A stretch of 48,170 bases of DNA from contig CAZQYQ010000002.1 of the NCBI GenBank assembly GCA_964597625.1, positions 2,722 through 50,891 of the forward strand, in the 5' to 3' direction. A model generated the notes under the pieces. The model saw only the letters and a list, made by a program, of their open reading frames with translations, had not been told where the DNA came from and did no database searches. The translations under genes and the position numbers were made by a program. The DNA comes from an uncultured bacterium (GTDB taxonomy: Bacteria; Muiribacteriota; Ozemobacteria; Ozemobacterales; Ozemobacteraceae). Shown here piece by piece: positions 43,591 through 48,170 of the stretch; the first letter of the stretch is position 1; each line of letters starts with the position of its first letter.

Positions 43591-43818
43591 GAACGTCTTG
43601 GAACGATCACCGTATCCTTTCATCCGGTGCGACCATATCTGTGTTCATCCGTGAAAATTTGAGGTTTCTTTGCCGGGAGATGTAAAAAATACTGCATACC
43701 TCTGTGTCTGGTATATTCAAATCCGATCGTTTTCATCCGCGTCATTTGCGAATCGTCATCTTCGTGTCTCCGTGGCTTTTGCGGGGACAGGAGAATTACA
43801 TACGTCAAGGAGCCGGAG

Positions 43819-44295
43819 ATGCTCAACAGCGACATTCTGCGCCGTATCCGCTATGCCTTTAATTTCGATGACAAGCTCATGCTGGAGATCTTTCGTCTGG
43901 GAGGAATCCTGCTGGACGTTGAGCGGTTAAAGAGCCATCTCAAAAAAGAAGATGACGAGGGGTATGCTCCCCTGGATACGAAAACTCTGACGGCATTTTT
44001 AGACGGCCTGATCCTGAGAAAGCGCGGAGCCCGGAAAACGGCTCCCAAGGCGCCGCTCATACGAGAAAGTTTCAGCAACAACATGGTTTTGCGGAAAATT
44101 AAAATTGCTCTTGAATTCAAAGACGACGATCTGCTGGCAGTATTGAAAAGAAGCGATATGGAGCTCTCAAAAACCGAACTGTCGGCGTTCTTCCGCAAGA
44201 AAGATCACAAGAACTATAAAAAGTGCGGGGATCAGCTTTTACGCAATTTTCTGGCCGGCCTGGCCGGATACAACAGGCCGCAACCCGCTGAATAG
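43819..44295 (+). CDS. DUF1456 family protein (YehS-like)
   Basis: MLNSDILRRIRYAFNFDD...LTAFLDGLILRKRG...NNMVLRKIKIALEFKDDD...HKNYKKCGDQLLRNFLAGLA parallels E. coli YehS along its whole length (from memory). SD aaggag. Confidence 0.8.
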   Translation: MLNSDILRRIRYAFNFDDKLMLEIFRLGGILLDVERLKSHLKKEDDEGYAPLDTKTLTAFLDGLILRKRGARKTAPKAPLIRESFSNNMVLRKIKIALEFKDDDLLAVLKRSDMELSKTELSAFFRKKDHKNYKKCGDQLLRNFLAGLAGYNRPQPAE

Positions 44296-44412
44296 CCCCT
44301 CCGTACCATCGGGTTTTTCAGTACCGCCAGAAACGTGACGGACCGTTTGCGGCTGTGATAGACTTTTCTTCAGAGTAGAGTTTCTTTTTTGAGAAGAGAA
44401 GGATCACCTATC

Positions 44413-45834
44413 GTGGAGCAGACTGCCCCCGGACAGCAGGTCAACGACTGGGAACGGCTGGATTATACGGATCCTGCCGCTGCCGCGTGGAGCTGCGCCC
44501 GCAAAATCGCCGGTATCTACGCTCTGGTGGCGTGCCTCTGGATTCTGACCAGCGACGCCGCCGCTCATGCCATTGCGGGCGGAATCCTTACGGAACAGTC
44601 TCTTCAGACCATAAAGGGCATCGCATATGTCCTGGTCACGTCGGCCCTGCTCTGGTGGCTTGTCTATCTGCACATGAAAAAGATTTGCGAGTCGCAGACA
44701 CGCCTTTCGCTGATTCTCGAACGCATGCCGATCGCCTGCATCATCGAAGACAAGGAATTCCGCATCTCGACCTGGAACAGCACCGCTGAAAAGATCTACG
44801 GGTTTTCCAAAAGCGATGCCATCGGCAGAACAACTCACGAGACAATCGTTCCGCCTTCTTCAAAATTCCAGGTCGAGGAGCTGCACAAGCGGCTGCTGGA
44901 AGGCAGGATGAAAGAAACAGAGGAAATGTTCGTCCTCGAAAACAGGACGCGCGACGGCCGGATGATTCTCTGTGAATGGAAAGTCACTCTCCTGCTCGGC
45001 AGGAAAGGCGAGTTTATCGGCCTGCTTGGAATGGTAACGGATGTCACGGAACGCGAGCGGGTCAAAGAGGAACTGTCTCAACACCGGGAACACCTCGAAG
45101 AGTTGGTTAAAAAAAGGACCGCGGAACTGGAAAAGAGCAATCGAGAGCTGCAGCAGCTCGAAAAGTTTCGCGACAACCTGATCAACATGATCGTTCACGA
45201 CATGCGTTCCCCTCTTCAGGTGATCCTGGGCAATCTCGAACTCATCAAACTGACGCCCCGAGACCTCGACACGGGCATACAAAATTCACTTCACGCTGCC
45301 GAGACGGGTGCCAATAAACTTCTTCACTCCATCAGCGAACTTCTCGATATCCGCAAGCTCGAATCCGGTCAGATGCCGTTGAAACGCGCATTTTCCGATA
45401 TCGGGACGCTCACGTCACAGGCGATACAGGATCTGAAACCGCTTTCGGCTGGCCACACAATGCTGTGGACTTCGCCGGTGAAACCGGCCGTCGTGAACTG
45501 CGACCCCCAAATCGTTCAGCGCGTCATTGAAAATATGATCGGGAATGCGTTGAAATACACACCGGAAGGCGGCACAATCAGGGTCTCGATCACCGAGAAG
45601 GGCAATCGGCTCATCTGGATGGTTTCTGACACCGGACCGGGAGTCCCCGTCGAGTTTCAGTCGAAGGTGTTCGATCTTTTCACCCATATTCCGGTCTCGC
45701 CGATCCACAGACAGGCTTCAACCGGCCTTGGCCTGGCTTTCTGCAAACTTGCCATCGAAGCCCACCAGGGGAGAGTCAGTCTGGAGAGCGAACCCGGCAA
45801 AGGCTCAGCCTTCCGATTCGAACTGCCGCTGTAA
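44413..45834 (+). CDS. Membrane-bound PAS-domain sensor histidine kinase (no adjacent response regulator)
   Basis: Two TM helices, PAS (ERMPIACIIEDKEFRISTWNSTAEKIYGFS), H-box HDMRSPLQVI, N-box GNALKYTP, G-boxes DTGPGV and GTGLGLAFC. The track start 44389 is TTG. GTG 44413 has gaagga upstream. Start uncertain. Confidence 0.85.
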   Translation: MEQTAPGQQVNDWERLDYTDPAAAAWSCARKIAGIYALVACLWILTSDAAAHAIAGGILTEQSLQTIKGIAYVLVTSALLWWLVYLHMKKICESQTRLSLILERMPIACIIEDKEFRISTWNSTAEKIYGFSKSDAIGRTTHETIVPPSSKFQVEELHKRLLEGRMKETEEMFVLENRTRDGRMILCEWKVTLLLGRKGEFIGLLGMVTDVTERERVKEELSQHREHLEELVKKRTAELEKSNRELQQLEKFRDNLINMIVHDMRSPLQVILGNLELIKLTPRDLDTGIQNSLHAAETGANKLLHSISELLDIRKLESGQMPLKRAFSDIGTLTSQAIQDLKPLSAGHTMLWTSPVKPAVVNCDPQIVQRVIENMIGNALKYTPEGGTIRVSITEKGNRLIWMVSDTGPGVPVEFQSKVFDLFTHIPVSPIHRQASTGLGLAFCKLAIEAHQGRVSLESEPGKGSAFRFELPL

Positions 45835-45953
45835 TTTTTGTTTTCCCTCCAGCGATACGGCCCGATGCTGCATGAGTGCGTCTTGAACCGCCCCATGCGC
45901 AGCACCATTGTACCGAGCCGTCATTCCAGAGTCCTGCAACATGACAGCACCTT

Positions 45954-46028
45954 CCAGGCTCATCACGAGAGGGCGATCAAGGGCGGGCGCCGGGGGGATC
46001 GCCTGCACTGCGCCAGGCTCATCACGAG
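45954..46028 (+). repeat. Two copies of a 16-nt exact direct repeat (ccaggctcatcacgag) 59 nt apart, each within a roughly 40-nt imperfect unit
   Basis: Copy 1 at 45954-45969 and copy 2 at 46013-46028. The flanks are also similar (gcac..ccaggctcatcacgag..gggc.a.c..gggc). Intergenic, between the HK gene and the rex promoter. Confidence 0.8.
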
Positions 46029-46088
46029 CAGGGCAACCGTGGGCCTTCCTTCGGCGGGGTTTAATGAAGAAAACTTTCGCGAAATACC

Positions 46089-46117
46089 TTGACGAGGATC
46101 GCTTTTGCCGATATACT
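46089..46117 (+). promoter_or_regulatory. Sigma70-type promoter upstream of rex
   Basis: TTGACG (46089-94), 17-nt spacer, TATACT (46112-17). Lies about 105 nt upstream of the rex ATG. Confidence 0.6.
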
Positions 46118-46223
46118 CATATCGAGAATTGTTTCTCGTTATAAATTTCACAATAATTCTGACCCCGCGTCCTTTCCCAGTCCGAAAGCGAACAGAGAAG
46201 AACTGCCCAGAGGAGTACATCAG

Positions 46224-46901
46224 ATGACAACAGAAACGACAACTGAATCCAGGCAGGAGCGGATCGCTCCAGAACCGACACTGCGACGACTTCCGGTGTA
46301 TCACCATTATCTCAAGACTCTCGCCGAGAGTGGACGCAGTATGGTGTCATGCACGAATATCGGTTTCGATCTGCGGCTTGACGCGACCCAGGTTCGCAAG
46401 GATCTGGCCATCACCGGAATCAAAGGTCAGCCGAAGGTGGGGTACCAGATCAAGCAGATTCTTACATACATCGAACAGTTTCTGGGCTGGAACAACACGA
46501 CCGAAGCGTTTCTCGTCGGCGCCGGCCATCTCGGCCAGGCATTGCTCGGATATGAAGGTTTCAGGCGGTATGGGCTCAAGATCGTCGCGGCATTCGACAG
46601 CGACACATCGAAAATCGGCACGACGCTGGCCGGCCACCTCATCCTCTCGACCGACAAGCTCACCAACCTGGCCCTCCGCATGAAGATCAGGCTCGGCATC
46701 ATCGCGGTTCCGGCCGCCGCCGCGCAAACGGTCGCGGAAGCAATGGCCAACGGCGGCATCTCGGGCATCTGGAACTTCGCCCCCGCCGTGCTTTCCCTGC
46801 CGCCGGAAATTCTCGTACAGAACGAAAATCTGGCTTCGGGTCTCGCTGTCCTGTCCATGAAACTCGGCAGGCTGGCGAATCCGGAACCGCCCCGCGGCTA
46901 A
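46224..46901 (+). CDS. rex: Rex, redox-sensing (NADH/NAD+) transcriptional repressor
   Basis: ATG 46224 lies after aggag. TLRRLPVYHHYLKTL, DATQVRKDLAITG..KVGY, Rossmann FLVGAGHLGQALL, IIAVPAAAAQ and GIWNFAP align with B. subtilis Rex (from memory). The track start 46089 is a spurious extension. Confidence 0.9.
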   Translation: MTTETTTESRQERIAPEPTLRRLPVYHHYLKTLAESGRSMVSCTNIGFDLRLDATQVRKDLAITGIKGQPKVGYQIKQILTYIEQFLGWNNTTEAFLVGAGHLGQALLGYEGFRRYGLKIVAAFDSDTSKIGTTLAGHLILSTDKLTNLALRMKIRLGIIAVPAAAAQTVAEAMANGGISGIWNFAPAVLSLPPEILVQNENLASGLAVLSMKLGRLANPEPPRG

Positions 46902-46957
46902 TTTTATTTCTATTAATATTATATTTAAGCCGTCAGATCATCGAAGGAGTCGAATAC

Positions 46958-47452
46958 ATGGAACCGGTCACCCTCACCCGTAAGTTCGAAAAGGTTTGTG
47001 AAATACTCGACCGTTTCGGCCGCGATCCCGGGAAGCTGATTCCCATTCTCCAGGCCGTCCAGGAGGAGTACCGATACCTCCCCGAAGAGGTCATGGCCTT
47101 CGTCGCCACATCGCTCGACCTGCCTCCTGCGCGCGTCTATGGTGTCGCGACCTTTTACGCCCATTTCGCGCTCGAGCCCAAAGGCAAATTCGTCATCCGC
47201 GTCTGTGATGGAACCGCATGCCATGTGAAGCAGTCCATCCCGATCCTCGAAGCCATCCGAAAGCGGCTCGGCCTCGACGAAAAGCGCAGAACGACTCCCG
47301 ACATGCAGTTCACCGTCGAGACCGTTTCCTGCCTCGGTGCCTGCGGTCTCGCGCCGGTCATCGTCATCAACGATGACGTTCACGGTCAGATGACCCCCCA
47401 GTCCGCCGTTGCCCTCATCGATGCTCTCACCTCCAAGGAGGCCGCGAAATGA
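46958..47452 (+). CDS. NuoE/HydC/HndA-like thioredoxin-fold [2Fe-2S] subunit
   Basis: LIPILQAVQEEYRYLP, GVATFYAHF, VCDGTACHV and SCLGACGLAP (the four Cys of the 2Fe-2S site). SD aaggag. Confidence 0.88.
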   Translation: MEPVTLTRKFEKVCEILDRFGRDPGKLIPILQAVQEEYRYLPEEVMAFVATSLDLPPARVYGVATFYAHFALEPKGKFVIRVCDGTACHVKQSIPILEAIRKRLGLDEKRRTTPDMQFTVETVSCLGACGLAPVIVINDDVHGQMTPQSAVALIDALTSKEAAK

Positions 47453-48170
47453 CTGCCACTCCCGATCTGAAGCACATCGCATCCACGTTTTCAACCGCCG
47501 CCGCCAAGCCCGTCCGCCGCATCATCATCTGTGCCGGTACCGGCTGCGTCGCGAACGGCTCACTCAAGGTCCATAAAGCCCTGGTCGAGAGAATCGCCGC
47601 CGAGAAGCTGCCGGTCGTCGCCGAACTGCGTGAAGAGACCGCCGACGCGAGCATCTGGGTCTCGAAGAGCGGCTGTCACGGGTTCTGCCAGATGGGTCCC
47701 CTCGTCACGATTCTTCCCGAGAACTTTCTCTATACCCGTGTCAAGGTGGAAGACGTCGCCGAGATCGTTGAAACGACTCTGAAGCAGGGAAAGCCGATCG
47801 ACCGGCTCGTCTATGCCGACCCGACCAGCGGCGCACACTGCGTTCATGGCACCGACATTCCCTTCTACAAGCGCCAGCAGAGAACTGTTTTGAAGGAATG
47901 CGGACACATCGATCCGGATGATATCCGTGAATATATTTCCCATGGCGGCTACGAAGCTGCCGAGAAGGCTTTCATCAAGATGTCCGCCAAGGCGGTCTGC
48001 GAGGAAGTCGAAGTTTCCGGCCTGCGCGGACGCGGCGGCGGCGGTTTTCTGACCGGCAAGAAGTGGGAACTGACCCGCGTTCAGACTGAGCCGAAGAAAT
48101 ACGTCATCTGCAACGGCGACGAGGGCGATCCGGGCGCATTCATGGACCGCAGCGTCATGGAGGGCAACCC
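47449..48170 (+). CDS. NuoF/HydB/HndC-like NADH-binding flavoprotein subunit with an N-terminal 2Fe-2S thioredoxin-like domain; 3'-truncated at window edge
   Basis: ATG 47449 overlaps the upstream stop (ATGA). The frame is open to the window end. IIICAGTGCVANGS...GCHGFCQMGPLV, then GLRGRGGGGFLTGKKW (NADH site) and CNGDEGDPGAFMDR (FMN site). Not in the ORF track because it lacks a stop. Confidence 0.88.
   Translation, partial: MTATPDLKHIASTFSTAAAKPVRRIIICAGTGCVANGSLKVHKALVERIAAEKLPVVAELREETADASIWVSKSGCHGFCQMGPLVTILPENFLYTRVKVEDVAEIVETTLKQGKPIDRLVYADPTSGAHCVHGTDIPFYKRQQRTVLKECGHIDPDDIREYISHGGYEAAEKAFIKMSAKAVCEEVEVSGLRGRGGGGFLTGKKWELTRVQTEPKKYVICNGDEGDPGAFMDRSVMEGN

Noticed and set aside
42742-43623. 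293-aa minus-strand ORF containing an HHHHHH run, overlapping the 42853..43590 + strand CDS
   Set aside because: The composition is dominated by R/P/H/C/Q with no hydrophobic core pattern. The + strand frame has protein-like composition and a signal-like hydrophobic segment. The His run is the antisense reading of the MVVMMVV-encoding gtg/atg repeats.
46996-47013. Rex half-site TTGTGAA inside the NuoE-like coding region
   Set aside because: Only the left half matches. The right half (tcgaccg) matches 3 of 7 positions. It is inside a CDS and is most likely chance.
1-48170. Search for CRISPR arrays, tRNA/rRNA genes, IS elements, integrases and prophage genes
   Set aside because: No short regularly spaced repeats beyond two copies were seen. 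No intergenic region is long enough, or has cloverleaf-like features I could see, to hold a tRNA. No transposase or integrase motifs appear in any ORF. By-eye scanning is limited, so tRNAscan-SE/Infernal should confirm.

Overview
GC-rich, densely coding bacterial chromosomal segment with about 38 CDSs on both strands. I saw no rRNA or tRNA gene, CRISPR array, transposase or integrase. All family calls come from motifs read by eye in the supplied translations; no searches or computations were run.

Recognisable genes:
- Fe-S aldo/keto reductase
- sbcD-sbcC
- NHL propeller and an SH3b plus NlpC/P60-like wall hydrolase
- stand-alone trpB2
- thiamine pyrophosphokinase
- APH-family kinase with a DOMON/CBM9-like neighbour
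- pilT
- mntH
- LysR-pruA-MFS
- ArsR/SmtB repressor with a ZntA/CadA-type P1B ATPase
- DUF1456
- PAS histidine kinase
- rex followed by NuoE-like and NuoF-like subunits (window ends inside the latter), which suggests an anaerobe

Most unusual parts:
1. A kinase-less partner-switching-like operon (20275-23358): STAS, then a CAP-like domain fused to a TadZ/CpaE-like ATPase whose P-loop Lys is Asn, then PP2C, then GNAT.
2. An operon (26024-31691) of a large exported Ig-like protein, a HEAT-repeat-PilT fusion whose His box reads MNT instead of LHT, and a canonical PilT. No other pilus genes are in the window.
3. An AmmeMemoRadiSam-type radical SAM enzyme with a textbook Tat signal. Its AMMECR1 and Memo partners are absent, and it is flanked by two exported proteins of unknown function (40154-43590).
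4. Three separately terminated genes for Cys-free unknown proteins (7919-11425), including a protein with six tandem 13-residue DxNxDGxxD units and a signal-peptide helical protein behind consensus promoter hexamers.

Several small non-coding oddities are also listed: an orphan terminator, direct repeats upstream of rex, and an ArsR operator overlapping the annotated start codon.
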